A stretch of 64,000 nt of DNA from Ophelia neglecta. Lineage: Eukaryota. The notes beneath the pieces were generated by a model. That model had not been told where the DNA came from and searched no databases. It saw nothing but the letters and a program-made list of their open reading frames with translations. This document shows positions 1 through 15,069 of this stretch, in pieces (within the stretch, counting starts at the first letter, position 1; every line of letters starts with the position of its first letter). The position numbers and the translations under genes are program-made. The stretch covers positions 18,042,001-18,106,000 of the forward strand of contig OZ260665.1 of the NCBI GenBank assembly GCA_965285935.1. The letters are read 5' to 3'.

Positions 1-3000
1 AGCTCTTGTAATGTTGCCATCTTTCATTAATTTGCTTTCTTCATCCCGAGTGCTATAAAAACTACTTATCAACCAACACCAACTTTATACCCTTCTATAT
101 CACAGATGAGACCAATAAAAATTTGCGTTGGCGAGTACATAGGGCTAGTTAATTGGAATGACTCGCCTAATCACTTGCTTTGGTCTCTTCAATGGGGATA
201 TTGAAAAGGCACATTGCACCTTTGCCATTGATTTCATTTTCCCGTGTCTGACGCAGGTGAGACTTAATTTTCTAAATCAGGTAAATGGCAAATTGGTAAT
301 TGACTGATAGTATTTGGAAGTAACCGGGAAAGCAGAGAAAGTGCGGCCGAAAGTAGTTCCGCAGTTATTAATAAAGCCAGACAGGTTCACTCCAAATGCC
401 AGACATCGGGACTCCTCCGCCATATTTGACAGGGATCGGTAGACTATACAGTTGTTGGTATTCTCCCACGGTAAAATGTATGGGTCTATCTTCATGTGAC
501 ATCACAAAAGGGGAGTATATGACGTACAGTGGGGCGGAAGTTTTGTGCGCAGTCACAACAGCCTTGTCGTTTAGCTAAACTAAGTCGGCTGTTGTTTAGT
601 TTTGACCTGGTCCCCATTAGTTGTGCAAGCCTTTAGAGTAGGTTTATTTTGTCCGTTGGCAATCCGTCTTCATGTGCCATCACAATGTCTTCATCGGATA
701 CCACAGGCATCGCGTAGGCTTATACAAAGGAAAACCTCTGTTGGCTGGGCGTCAATCTTTATCTTGTCCTACGGCAATCTTGTAAGGGAATAAAAACTTC
801 ACCTCGCTGTTTAGCTGTGGAGTTAGGGTAGAGTTGGGAAACTCCTGTGTGTTGTTCGAAATGATTCTTCTGGTATCAATAGCCTGGTTCGAAGTTTGAA
901 CAGCTTGTTAGCTTATGGTCAGACGTAAGTTACGTGTTCAAACAGTCATTTAGCTTGGGTCTTTTAGGTCAGCAGGCATAACCGCTGCACGCCCGCGCAC
1001 GTAAAAAAATGAACAGTTACGCAAACAAACATTATTAACGTATGTGACATAACAGTAGGAAATGCTCATAAATATCATTGAAATGTCGGATCCGGCAAAT
1101 CTGATATAAATATATTTGAATCGGGCTTAATGACTGCTATATCGGTAAAAATGATAAACAATTAACATTTACAACTTTCTATATCTGCTCATGGATGCTT
1201 CATTGCGCCAAACACGCCATGTACCATGTACCCAACATTATATTACTATTGTAGAAACTAACTTAATGCAACAGGAGCCACCTATATGTAAAAGAATATC
1301 CGAATCAAATATACAGAATTTTATTTAACGAAAAATATGATATATTTAATTTCATCCCTGGGCTCCAGCCACTCGCTGAGTATAGCGCTACTATGCGCTT
1401 TTGTCTTAAAAGGATACAACTGAAATATAATCCAATTATTTTGTCCAGCCACGCCTCTTATAAATATGGTAAAGGGTCTCTCGGCTTTTTAAAGTTTTGT
1501 AAGACATGGCGACAATAAGTGTGACACCTGTAAATTGAAATAGAGTTAAAGTGGTTGAATTTGCATGTCACGGTGACGTACTAAAGCGAGCAGGAAGCAA
1601 CTATTGGTTTGTCTTAACACGAACTGCATAATTTCAGGCAATGTCATGATATGTTAATGGCATTAAAAGCGATATCCTCGTCATATATCAGCGGGTTAAG
1701 CGTGTACGTGCTTAGGCCAAAGATTAGCCCAATTAAATAAAAATCGGAAGTAATAGCAAACAAAGAGGCAAGAAAGTCGATATAAAGTTAAAAAATATAT
1801 CAGTTCGGATGAAGCAATCATCTTCGGCTGGAATCTAGTTTTACATTTGAAAAAATGGAGTATGATTATGATATATATCTATCGTTTATTAAGCCAATAG
1901 CAAGTCAAGTATTTTAACGTATTTCCAAAAATAGGACAGCACATTTAAGTAATCGGTATCCTATTCTGTGCATACTGTACTGTAAATTGTATTTGCAATT
2001 TCAAATGCGTGCATACTCGGTCAAATGATCAATTGCTGACCAATGTGCGTTGAAGTTGTATTTTACCCACACCAGTTCAACATGCGAAGTCATGTTGGCG
2101 ATGGCTTCCCGAAAACGCGATCACATGCATGTTCGCTGTTATTTTACATTTGCAAGCCTTTTCTCCATGTAATGATGTAAACTCTTCTTCTTAGCAAGAT
2201 CCTCATTTGATGACAGGAATAACTATTTAGCAAATAAGTTAAAAGAACTATATACACGGGTAGCCGTTTATTGAGACAATTTCGTGTTTGTTCTCTAAAT
2301 TCTGGGAGAGCCCAAATCATCATAGCTCTTCCAAGGGAGGATATTACATATCTGTTCCACTTTGTACACTGACTCGCTTCTTTTGTGTTCTGACTCGCAT
2401 CAAGAAAACCGTTAACTATGAATTAGTTAGAGCTGATACAAAACTACGTCATAAAACAGAATAACATCGCTGAGGGCAGTACATTCATACGTAAATATCA
2501 TTCGTCTGTCAAGATAGATAGCGGTTGTGGAATCACGTCTTTTTGCCTAACGTTAGGGACTTGTTCCTTGTCTTGTAAACAGGAAACAATGCCGGCCAAG
2601 CAATATATAATCTGTAAGGCAGAAACAATCTAGTATGTCGTTTCATATTTAAGAAAGAACGTGGAAGGTTTCTACTCATATAATGACCGTATCAGCATAT
2701 TAAACACACCACGTGATTTTCTCTTGAATCCCTCTTTCTATGTGTTCCCCGGGTGTTATGATTTTACAATGAAGGGCCGATGAAAAACTTCGTTGGTGCA
2801 GTAAGGGGACCATGAGGATATCTTAAGGGGACCCTGCGGTCCACGGTGGCACCTGCAGTCACCGTACGATTTTAATGCCTGTGTTTAAGAATCCCAAGAG
2901 GGTATTCTGGATTGCACTGTGTCCATACAGTGTCCCACAAGCATGCTCTATCCATGCGACTTCAAAGGCCCGAGCTAGAGCCATCCGGTTTTTGGCCGTT

Positions 3001-4043
3001 GCCCACTCATCACTCGTACGGCCATATCCTACACACCGGCCGAGCGCATAGATGACCTTAGTCCATTTATTTTTATTACCTCAAACTTATCAAGGGCCGT
3101 GCGGTGCCCGTAACTAACGTGACTGCCATCCTTGAGATTGTCAGAAACGCTTTGAAAAAGCCTTGAAAAGTCACCGGCGTTCGGAAGCTAATTGGAAATC
3201 GGCTAAACTTCATATTCAAGGTATAGTTGTGATGCCAACAAAGATACTTCTACCAAGCAGATTATATTTCAAACAGAATTTAATAGGGGAAAAGAATAGA
3301 CATAAAAATTACCTGCCTACTTTGGCCGAGAAAAATCGATGGTAAATTTGCCAAATGGCGGAAAAGGGGCCGCTGGTGGATTTATGCTTTTGACTTTAAG
3401 TGGGAGCCACACGCAGAACGGTGTCGAATCAAGGCATATGGATCATGCACTGTCCTTAACTGGTTCTTTTCATTAACTCAGAGATGGGACACCTACTTTT
3501 TAAGATCAAATGTGCAAGGAGGAAGAGTGATTGCCTTGTCCTCCACCGAACCAGAATTTATAATCTAAGGGACTGGTGTTGGAGATAAGTCATATGTTAG
3601 TTAGTGATTCTTCATATGATAAGGCATATACCGGGATGTCACTTAGAACACGATATGCAAAAAAAGAGTACTCTTACTTAATTAAAACTATGCCGCGCGT
3701 CCTTAACAACTTATTACAATGAAGATTTATCCAACCTGAGATCATTTTTTCAATGCAGACTAATCAGGTATTGTATGTTGTATGTTCAGCATAGTTGAAT
3801 CCTACTGGGAACTCAGATAACAGTGCATTTTTTAACCACAGAATCGGGTTCATGGGCAAGTGCCAGTCAAAGAGGCTATGCAGCTAACACAACCTGGTAC
3901 GTACATCAGCAATTCCTAGAACGGAATGTGTTCTGAAACAATTACAATAAGGTCCAAACGAGAGTATTCATGTTTTATTGTAAAATGTCATACTGGATAG
4001 AAAGTGATCCTAACACCCGATTTCACCTTTTGTTAATTATACT

Positions 4044-4240
4044 CAATGGACTATTGAGTGGAATAAACAGACTAGCTTGGAACTCCAGTGAACTCAATAT
4101 GTTGCTCTTATGTAACAGGTGGCCTTGGTTTCTTCAAGCGGGATATTGAAATAGTAGAATCAATGTTTGTCACCTTGAATGGGCGATTGGGGTGAATAAA
4201 CAGACTAGCTTAATACTATTACTGTGAACTCAATGTATTA
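4044..4240. repeat. Short diverged direct duplication (offset about 133 bp)
   Basis: GAATAAACAGACTAGCTT at 4061-4078 and 4194-4211; GTGAACTCAAT at 4088-4098 and 4224-4234. Confidence 0.7.
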
Positions 4241-4614
4241 TTCTAGTACTACAATAGATCAGTAAAATTAATTTGGCTGTCCACGGGTTTCGTCGATAGT
4301 TCACGTCATATAGTATTATAATTGAAACTGATAGGTAAATTCTTTTGAAATTGTATTACTGCATGGGCTAGCTTTTTCAGACAACGAATTGATTTTACAA
4401 AATACGATGATGTCAATATAGAACTTTATACCCCAAAGGCTTTAGGCGTCATTCGATTCCAAAATGCTCGTATTGCAAGGGGTGTTTTAAGTAGACATCG
4501 AACAGACAAGAATAGCGCGAAAATAGTATTGCAAAGGTTTGCGCAAGCAAACTAACACGGACTGGATTCTCGGCAGGAAAAGCAAAATCAATAATCAAAA
4601 ATAGTCAAATAGAT

Positions 4615-4825
4615 TGGCCCAGATCGGTTATCAATCCCCGGCAGCCACTGGCCCAAATACATCAATCCCCGGCAGCCACTGGCCCAAATACATCAATCCT
4701 CGGCAGCCACTGGCCCAAATACATCAATCACCGGCAGCCACTGGCCCAAATACATCAATCACCGGCAGCCACTGGCCCGAATACATCAATCCCCGGCAGC
4801 CACTGGCCCAAATACATCAATCCCC
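4615..4825 (+). repeat. 31-bp minisatellite, 6 full units plus partial units
   Basis: Unit ATCAATCCCCGGCAGCCACTGGCCCAAATAC starts at 4630, 4661, 4692, 4723, 4754 and 4785, with a partial unit at 4816. Units differ by single substitutions. Confidence 0.95.
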
Positions 4826-7800
4826 AGTTTGCAGTTGAGCTGTTTTAGAGCGGGATCGTCATCGGATTGTTTGCAATAATTTATTTATTCGTGCAAAGAG
4901 AACTGTTATATTGTAATTCTAGATAAGAAAAGACAGCACAAAGACAACAGATATGCTAGAATATCACTTATCTATGGCTAGGCAGTTTAATCCCTAACAG
5001 TCGGGCGTCTCAGTAGGCTAAACCATTCAACACTGACAGGTCTGGTCAGTGAGCAGCCTCACTTTCATTTATGATAGAAGCTCAAGTAATCCAAGGGTGA
5101 AACAGGTGGTACTGGCTTTTTGGTGGACATAGAGTGTGCAAGAAATTTAAGGGGGTACAAGGTGGGCATGGAAGAAGTTAATGCACTTATCGTATAGGTG
5201 GCAAATATGTGTGTTAGACCAGCCATTTGTGACATACTTGGTATCTAATATAATTGTAAAAATTAATGTATTCCAGGAACCTACGCAACAGAGAGGTAGC
5301 TTGTTTGAACTTCTCCACCCATAACTATATTTTGAAAACTAAGTTTAACATGTTTATAAATCAGATTTATCACAGGGACTTGTGTCACACACAACCAACA
5401 TATAACAACTGGACAATAAACAGAACAATCCACCAAGAGACCATTGGGTATCCAGGTGTTAACATAGATTTACTTGACTTGGAAGAAACCTAATGACTGA
5501 TGAAAGTGATTTCAGGAGTCTATGTATAACCATACAAATTACAAATGATCCTCATAAAATACCCAGTGAGGCTTGATTGTAATATATTCCTGAAAATCGC
5601 TTGTTCACAAAGTTAGACTTCCCATAGCCCTCTCCATCCCATAAACCTTGAAATACCACTGGGGTATGTCTGTCTAACTCACTGGCCGAAAGCAAAGACA
5701 CTCCGAAATATATTGATCCAAAAAGAACAATCCATGATGTTGCCACAATTTGACTTCTTGTGAGTTTTCCCATTAATATAAACTTACAAAGCCGAAAAAA
5801 ATACCCATACCATACAAGTGAACACCGAAACAATCAACATTTTGATTCCAAACAATGTATTGTTATATGATTTGCAATATATGCCATGGCAAGTATTAAA
5901 ACGAATCCTATCATGCCTAAAGTGAGCAGATATTAATTTGACTTCCTTCACTGATATATGCTTTGCAAAATTATGAATGTAACCTCCCTACTAATAACCA
6001 CAGGAGCATCATTTTATATTATTACAGGAGTGTGTTATTTCAGGACACAGCCTCCTACAGTTTTGTTTCCTAGATTAAATGTATCATGTGGGGCCAGTGT
6101 TTTGTCCAAAGATAAGGGGGAGAGGTCAGGATTTCTTGTCAGCCCTGTTACCCTGCATGATAAGACATGAATAAAAGTAATGTACATGTAATCATGGTGA
6201 TACAACCCAAGTCAGCTGGTGCTGGCGTGATAAAACATGTGGAGTGAGGCTTCACTCAGTCAACATATTGCTTGATAGCCAATCAGATCACTTCGAATGG
6301 TCACGTGGTTACCATTAATAGATGTAAACAAACAAACCCACGTGCTCTCACATAGACTTGTAAACAATCACTATAATTCCTTTAAGGTGGCCATCATAGC
6401 CTTGTTTCATATAATGAGGCATTCAAATTTGTTCTGCGGTATCAACGCATCCAATATATATAGTATGAATGACTAGTTGTACTTGTTTTGGAACATTTGG
6501 ACATCAAAGTGGTTGTAAACACATGAATCCTGTAGGGGGCAGAGGATTTGTGGTCAATTCAAGTCCATCAAAGTGGTAAACACATGGGCTCTAATGATTT
6601 TATCAAAGGCCTCTTACATCTGAGAAACTGTAGGGAGATTGACCATCATGTTAAACTCATCCAAGGTTGTAGACAGGGGGAATTTCCCACTATGATTTTA
6701 CACCCCAATCTGCATATAATACTACGCCTTTTCTTTTCCATGTCTTTGTTCCCTTGAGGGGTCATAGAATTCTAAAATACTGCTTGGCACTTTGTTCATA
6801 CCTTAAGCTATGAAAAATCATCATTCACTAGTTCTTAGTATGTATGGGCCAAAAGTGTCAAAATTATTTTGGGAGTCACCCCCCTTTGGGACTGAAAGGC
6901 ACACCCCCTGTTACACAAAGCTTCAGCTGGGAAGAAATTAACTGGGACCACTTCCAGTTGATTTTAATCAAGGGATGTTATAAATATCTTGTTTTTGATA
7001 GTTGCTGTAAGTGATATGTTCAGTATTTTAATCTTTATTCATTAAATAGAGCGTGCCTTCATGTCTTTGACACCCGCCATTTTGTTCAGACATTTTGGAT
7101 TGACAGCTGTGTGCTTTCTAGGGTCCTGCATTCGAGGAAACATGATGATTCCTGTGGACAGAATGTCACTGAATCCATACAACTTAGTGTAAAGCCTGTG
7201 AAACACGCGGCCAGATTTGTCAAAAATTATTTGTGACCAAGTAACTGATTATTAAGGAGGATATTTTAAACATGTCAGTAATAGAGGGCTTTGTTTTGGA
7301 TAAAAATGCTTATGTTGGACAAACATTCATAAGGATATACATTAATTATTATCTAATGGACCTAAATCCAAGGTGAGATTTTATTAAACTATATAAAACT
7401 GCTTTAATTATGCAAAGATGGTGTACACCCTACAGCTCAATGATTGACTTATTTTGGCCATTTTGTTCAGCATGCTCAAGGCTACTTTTGAATGCTGATT
7501 GGTTGGTTTCCAAATCAGAACGAGGTTGGCTAAGGGCCTATAGCTGTAGAGATGGGGATAGAAGTCTGACTGTAAGTTGTACATCATAGGTAATCACGAA
7601 TTCCACATTAAACTACATCAAACTAAATCCTGAATGATTTTCCAAACTCTAAATTGTGTGTTACCTGGTTACAACGTGATAATATGTGGAGAGAATACGA
7701 GTTCATGTTTCCTCGTGGTTCATTCATTGTTTTATCGCATTTGCACATATGCTGCAATATATTTCAAGTATTGTCAGATTAGTATCCCTTTCCCCATGCA

Positions 7801-10800
7801 AACAATCTAAAGATATTCACTGCCGCAACCTGATAGAAAACCAAGTCCCCCCTAAGCTGTGAGATGGTATGTCGTCTAGGGCAATTATACTTTCTGGCAG
7901 GCCAATTCGTCTTAAGGACATCCCGATCAATGTGATGAGGTACTCCTGTGAAATCAATGAGGGCCCTTCATAAAATACCGTATTGAAATGTATTTTTATG
8001 ATTCTGAATGGTGTCCACTACCGAAATTCAAGCGGAATGAGCCGAAAAAGCGCCATCATCCACATTATCAACTACAATGCTTGCTATGACACCATGTTAA
8101 CTTCTCACTGCTGAAGGACAAATGATCACGATGTCCGCTTTCTGCAGTATCTAAATGATTGATCGAAAGCGGATTGGATAAAAGTATGCCATAACTCTGC
8201 AAATCGATAGAATGCTTAGGAACTAAGCAGATAGCCCTGCAGATAAGATATTCAATTTATTGACTTCAATGAGTGGGTTTTCATGTATAGAGAAGCGATC
8301 CTGTGGATGATGTAGAACAAATAATCCCTGAGGACATGAAGATCGATATAATAATTTGTTAAACTGGAGTGGACCACAACCCAGATAGACCTAAACCCGA
8401 TAGCGTATCGCATGCTATTGGCCAGTAAGGTAAAAATTTGCCTCCAGAACCTTGAAATATGATTCGTTTGCAGAAGCTGCTTACCAATTTAGGTCAATTG
8501 ATGCCGTCATGACACACAGTCACTTCCCAGTTATAACAACAATTGCAGTTTCGATGAATCCCTGTTCGCGGTTTAGCGTAATTGTAACACAACTTCTCTT
8601 GGCGACTCAAACAATGCACAAAGAGGAAACAGTTCATAAAATTGGCATGTCAGGTATAGTTGTTCCTATTCCTTAACTAACCAGAATACTACTATCACTT
8701 TACAAGGATAAATATATTATCGTACACTCAATGAGATGCAATAACCTGTTCCTCTGAAATGACCAGGGGTTTCTACATATTTCGTTGGTGTTGTGCTTGA
8801 TGGGACCATTTCATCTGTGATCTTGATATTATGAAAGTCCATCAACGACTCTCCTATGGCGCATTTCTTCACTAAGCTACGTTGACAAACAACTCATTTG
8901 TTTTGGGGTCGGGTTCGTATCCATGGAAACTGTTGACTACTTCTCATTTCACGTGATTTATTCAGCTGGTGGCTACTGCTGATTTCGGTCTATTTTTTAT
9001 TGCTGCGTCTGCCGGCTTCCACTTCCGATTTTACGGTACTGCTTATACATTATAATGTGTTCTTAAAACCAATCATCTTTAGAAGAAGAAAGCGAATGAC
9101 TTCCTTTATTTAAGGACTTGCTTTGAGTACACTTTATGTTTTATTTGCTTTAAACTGAATTTTTACGCACGAAAGGAACAACGCGAGTCTTCACAAACAC
9201 GGGTAAAAGTAAACGTTTAGTACCACAGTAGTGACCAATTGCAACCTATTCAAATCCCCGTTATCGACCTTTCCAATATCTTTGTAATCTACAGACGTCA
9301 CATGCCAATTTCTCACCTACATTTAAGCGTGAAAAGACATATGAGTATCTAGTACTAAGAATGATATAAATATTCGAAACGTTATCTTTCCGGATAGATT
9401 TTATTGACCATTTCTACCAATGATTTGCTTTTTCGGCCGGGTGTAAATTCCCGTTTCCTATATTTTGTCATGCAGTATTAAAATTAATTCGGTGGCAAGC
9501 CAGTTTTAACTACGCCTAAATTAGCTTGCCTAGATAAATGAAAATATAGTACATGTATATTATTTTGTTAGCAATCAATGGAGCATATTGCTTTAACACA
9601 TTATCGCCAGTATGCTGATTGAGTGCTGTCGTCATGGAGTCAAGTCTATATCCCCATAATAAGTAATGAATAGAGGTCGATATTAATTATGGAATATGGT
9701 CCATCTTTTCCTTTCATGTGAAATAGATACAAGTTGAGTTATCTTTGAAAGTGAATAAGCATAGACTAGATCTTTCAATGCCGAACTTTGTAACTGGTGA
9801 CATATCCAGATTCATAATGTTGTCATTGGTGCGAGGGCAACAAATGAGACATTGCAGGTCAATTATGTTATGTTGAAGGTGAGCAAAGATTATCAGTTCA
9901 TACCAGAAATCATGCGAGCTATTGCCTTATAACCTTGGCACATGAAACAATAGGGTTTATCCGTTTTGATTTGGTGACATTGACAAGGCGTGAAATTAAT
10001 CATTGAAATGGTCTATCTAACTGGCCTGTCATGTCCTTTGGTACCTGGTTCCCAGTTAATCATGCTAACATTGAGCCTGCGAAGACCTTTAAAATGTGCA
10101 AAACGAGTCATTCTACTTTTTTGGTGCAGCAAAAACACTATGCCGCGCTTATATATTGTATTCCACCTGGAAATGCGACATGGGACATTGAGATTTACCT
10201 GTAATATTAACCGAAATGAGCGATACCCATATATTAAATAAATGGAATAAATGATGCCCCCCCCCCCTCTCCCCGTTCAGATAAAGTGCGGAGGAGGGGG
10301 GGGGGGGTACAACGCCCTCCAAGGAACAGCTGAATATGACAGATATCAAATATTCACCTGATAAATATTTGACCTGCCATGCTTAGTAGAAGCGTGTAGT
10401 GAAAATTTTCAACGATAAGGATAAAACTGATGTACCTTTGATACAAATAAGCCAAATAGTGACAATTTTGTTCATACTCACCCGGCAGATTAGTTATCTA
10501 TGAAGTTGCTCATATTATAATGTTTGTATATTTTTATTGTGCATATATTCTTTGACAATCTTGGCAATAACCGCTTGAAATTTTAAATATACATGTTGGA
10601 TAAAAGTGATTACACACTGTGCTTGCTTACTATGTAGCATGATTGATGGCACCTACGCTATATCTTTGAATATTCCTTTCATCTGCTCCCGTCTATCCTG
10701 TTTAACTCTCGCATGGAACATATTTGACCCCTTTTGGTTACATCTAGATGTAAAGTAGGCATCGTTGACCTATGATACATCAAGTCCAACAAAATTTATC

Positions 10801-13800
10801 TAATAACGTCCACATCTCGTATATCAGCAGTTACGAGCATTGACGTTGGAGTTAATACCATTTGTTTGATTGATATGATTGTCAGAATTGTATTTCCTAA
10901 ATAAATTTGAAAATATATTGCGATTACCAATCATATACGACATGGCTAAATCCATGCGTGTCCACCCAAGAATAAATATGGTATAAGCACACTGATACGT
11001 CAGTTTACGGGAAGGTTGGGTTAATATGACTCTAACTCGTAACTCTTTACTAGTATGTATTATTTACAGAATACTTAACCCCAATTCGTACGTATGCATG
11101 TGTACTTCGTCTTCTAATTACAATCAAAGGAACTAATAGTATATGGTATATGATTTGTTCGGCGCAACCCTGGCTTGCTGATACACGTGTGTTTATTGAA
11201 CGATTGAATCTAGAGCACATTTTATGTATATAACCTTAATATCATGGGGATGGTTTGAGAAACAATACAATACAAAGATTGTGTAGCATCCCATTATGGG
11301 ACGGGTTAACTCGTGCCGTGTTCTTTGTTTACGTGATAGGCCATGTAAAGCCCTATTAAGTAAACACTATCATACTTTTGATGAACATGGCGGTGTTATT
11401 GATTGAACTTTCTATAGCAAACGAGGACTGTTTAATCGGCTGTGGTCCTTTAAAAGATTAGCACACTTGTTGAACATAAGGGGATATTGATATATAAAGT
11501 GGGCTTTGAAGCAGCATGTCCTTGCAATCGATATATTCTTCAAACCGACGGCCGATTCTCGTTTAACTACCTTGTATCCACTTCCGTTTATCACTAGCCT
11601 TCATGGCGTTCATATTATTGGTTATTGATTTGACCTTAACTCGTGCATGTAAGACATTAAAATAATATCGCCTTCGACCTGAACCTATTAAGAGTGTCAT
11701 TTCCGCATTTTAATCACTGTTCTTAGATAATGCTGTATTTAAATATATTGGATATCATGTCAAACAACTGTGGTATCAAAACTATTTCATAGGCGCACCC
11801 ATAAGTTTTTCACTTACATTTAAATTTTACAGAATCTCAACTTAAGAAACGAACTTCAGCATCAAAGTAAGATTTTGTATGATTATACCAATTAATCCAT
11901 TTTCATGCATGAAACACTTCTAGTATCTGATCCAAACGACCATCCTCATGTGTTGTCGATATATAATAATGTCGAATTCACATGTTTCTTTTTAAAAATA
12001 AATGCGAATATTGAATCTCACAATTTTAACTCGGATAACTGTGACTGGTATGGATTGTTTTGTTTTTTGTAACATTTCAACTTAAAATAAATGTGAAAAT
12101 AAATCTCTTTCTTTGAGTCACCATATTATAACTAACCAATAACTAATAACAAGTTTTCACATAAACCAAGGCGAAGTGCAAAGTGTTGCAAGGGTAACTG
12201 ATTTTCAGCAACTCAATCTAAATATATCATAGAGTTTGGCGTACATTTGGTACTTTAACTACCGCGTGGCTTTCGGGTTCATATCCTTTGTGGGAGATGA
12301 GGTCCTTTGATAAATATACGCCTTGGTGGCGTTTGGGCAATAACAATATGGTTTGCTCATAAACAAGAGTGAATGGTACAATAAACGCTGGAGCAATGGG
12401 CTGTTTATCAAAAATATGACCACAGGTTGAGCTTGTTACCAGGCATCGTGGGTGTAGCTATTCAGGACGCCCAAACCAAAGGGCAAAAGGACGTTGTATC
12501 GAACAAAAAAGTGATTCAACAAATGTCGCCATGGTCTTCGTTTTATCAATGCACAGTGCATGCATGTTTAATAAAATCGGTATAGTCAGTTTCTAATCTA
12601 TGACCCTTTTCACTTGAGCTTCCCTAAAATGCACTACTGTCTATCCGATCGATCAAACTTGTCCAAAATCCCAATAACTGTTAAGAAGCAGACTATAAGA
12701 TAATCAATAACATTATTAAAGAATTATGATCAAATTAATGTTAATGTGACCAAATAAAAACCCATGTCCAAATTGTGTGCCTTTTCAATTTTTCATAATA
12801 TTAAAAGATGTCCCATTATTTGTCAATCAACAATGTTTATCGATCTTCTCTGTATGTTTGTTTTTGTACTGATATTGTTAACAGAGATATTGTGATTAAA
12901 TGTTCTTAATCCTAGTAAATAAGCATGTTTCTCATTCCAGCTAGATTAACTAAACTGTTAATTCAAGGCAAGACCATCTCTCACCCCCCCCCCCCCTCGC
13001 GCCTCACACCCCTTTCAGCGGTAAACAACAATGTAACGATTAAACTGTTAATATTTGCAATTAAGATTAAATGTTCATTAAATGTCGGTCTCGAAATGGG
13101 GATTCCAAACTATTATGTCAGTATTCGGAAATAAAGTTCAAGTGCATGAAAACATGTTTCCCCTATGGACAGTAAACCGTAAGGCAATCCATCAATACCA
13201 GCCCTGAGCAATATTCTTCTTCACCAGAACATCCAAGCGAATGACATTTCATGCTGATACGGAGAACAAATGACAGCTAATGTGATTGCAGCCACGCCTC
13301 AGCCCCCCAGGGCCATAGTGCACATGGCTAGAATAGGTAGCCAGCACGCTTTTAGTGACTTGTAACAATAAAATGAGATAAATTATCGTTGTATATAAAA
13401 TATTGCCAGCGAAAACCTGTTTCTATCCTGAGACAGCATCGAAATTAATTTGCTAAGAGGCATGAATATACAATATGGTTTAAAAAACTAAGGCCATAGA
13501 ATTCAAGTCAGCGCCAATTGTGTGTATCTCTGGGTAGTGCCTATGCCTTTGACCGCACAAGACTTTTGGTCATGTTTTCTTTGAAGGATTTGGCACCTGG
13601 AAAATCTGGAAAATATAGTGTGCAATTTTCAAGATAGACAGGATCTGCCATATAGTGTGTTTGTGAATATTTCTGGGTTTTTTCCATGTAATATTTTAAC
13701 TCCGGTCTATCGGCCGCATACATTGTTGGTGGTCAACGACCCATGCAGATATCATGCAGGTTTAATGTGGCATTTCTAGCCTTGGTGTGCTTCTGGATGA

Positions 13801-15069
13801 TGCACAAAATAATGGTCACAGGTACTTGCACAAGTGGGAAAGGTAGGCCAATTTACTTTAAAACGCCCTGTGAGCTTAATGTTTACCGACCATTATAAGA
13901 TCCTTCTGAAAAGAGGCCCTTACCCTGAAATGACCTCCAAAATCTATTTTCCTGAAACCACATAGACCTGACAAACATGGACACCAACTGCATTTCAGGA
14001 TTGGGGAAATGTCGTTGTACGAATTAATAATATATTATCATCATTATTGGATTTCACTATATAATAATATGAAGGAATAGGCCTCGAGATTTATATTTAA
14101 CATGCGGTAGTAGAAGGGCAGGGCGGGTGGGGGAGGTTGGTGCGGAGTAAGGAAAAGGAGGTGGCAGCTGGAGCACCAGGCCTTATGCTATTGATATTTG
14201 CCATTTTATTTGTTAATGCCCTGCTTTCCGCATGGATTACAAGTAAATATCTTTGAATAAACACAACGTAAAGCATGCAATTTATAATCGAAGTGATCAT
14301 AATCAAGACTGGGCCACGAGGACACTTTAGATGTAAATATAGACGGACAGCGACTATTGTTAAACTAGGGTTACATTTTTGGGGTTTGTTCGTTTTTAAT
14401 AGAATGCAGTGTTTCGTTGGGTACATTCGCCTTTCATCATCCAGTCTATGAAAGATACAAAGTTGTTGGTGTTATCAGTCCTAAGAAAGTTCGAGATTCT
14501 GTCTTTGCCTATTAGATATAAACTGGCATATAGTGCTCACTAGGTGTGCTGACAATTTCAATTGAGCTCTTCCAACAAAAGGCATTGCACATAATAATGA
14601 CAAAATGCTTAAAAGAAAGTAAATAATTATTTGGTGGACATGGAATTGCTATTCAACAATGGATATTGCAGTTACTCCAATAATCTGTCAGCATATTCCT
14701 AGAGTGCCACCTCTATGAAAAGATCAAAGAGTTCTTTAAGGCTATACAAGTTGCTTTCCTTTTTTCAGCCATCCCATAATTAAGCAATACCAAACAGCAT
14801 GTCGACATAAACTTTAATATGGCAACGATATCAACTTTTCCAAATAAATAATCCTAATCAAGCTACTTTGAACGTAATGATATGGGAGAGTTTTTAGCAT
14901 AAATGCTGAAAGGTGAGAACCTTACAATTTTAATTAGGCCCTTGGCCGCCTACGACCATCGCCCGTCTCGAGTGTACAAAGACAACAAAGGAAACGCCGT
15001 TGTAAATACCTGTGTAGAGAATGATGATGAATATATCTTTGATGGAAGAAACTCCTATAGCAAAACACA

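Noticed and set aside
200-900. Overlapping short ORFs and a stop-interrupted minus-strand reading frame
   Set aside because: No recognisable domain or splice structure. It may be a decayed element, but I cannot support a call.
2820-3135. GC-rich segment resembling a decayed Harbinger-type MITE
   Set aside because: Only one plausible terminus; no matching TIR or TSD.
4614-4838. 74-aa repetitive ORF, and CRISPR-like appearance of the array
   Set aside because: The ORF is a by-product of a 31-bp repeat (not a multiple of 3). Units are contiguous with no spacers, there are no cas genes and the context is eukaryotic.
7950-8700. Coding-like stretch vaguely reminiscent of a transposase
   Set aside because: Motif resemblance too weak, with stops in all frames.
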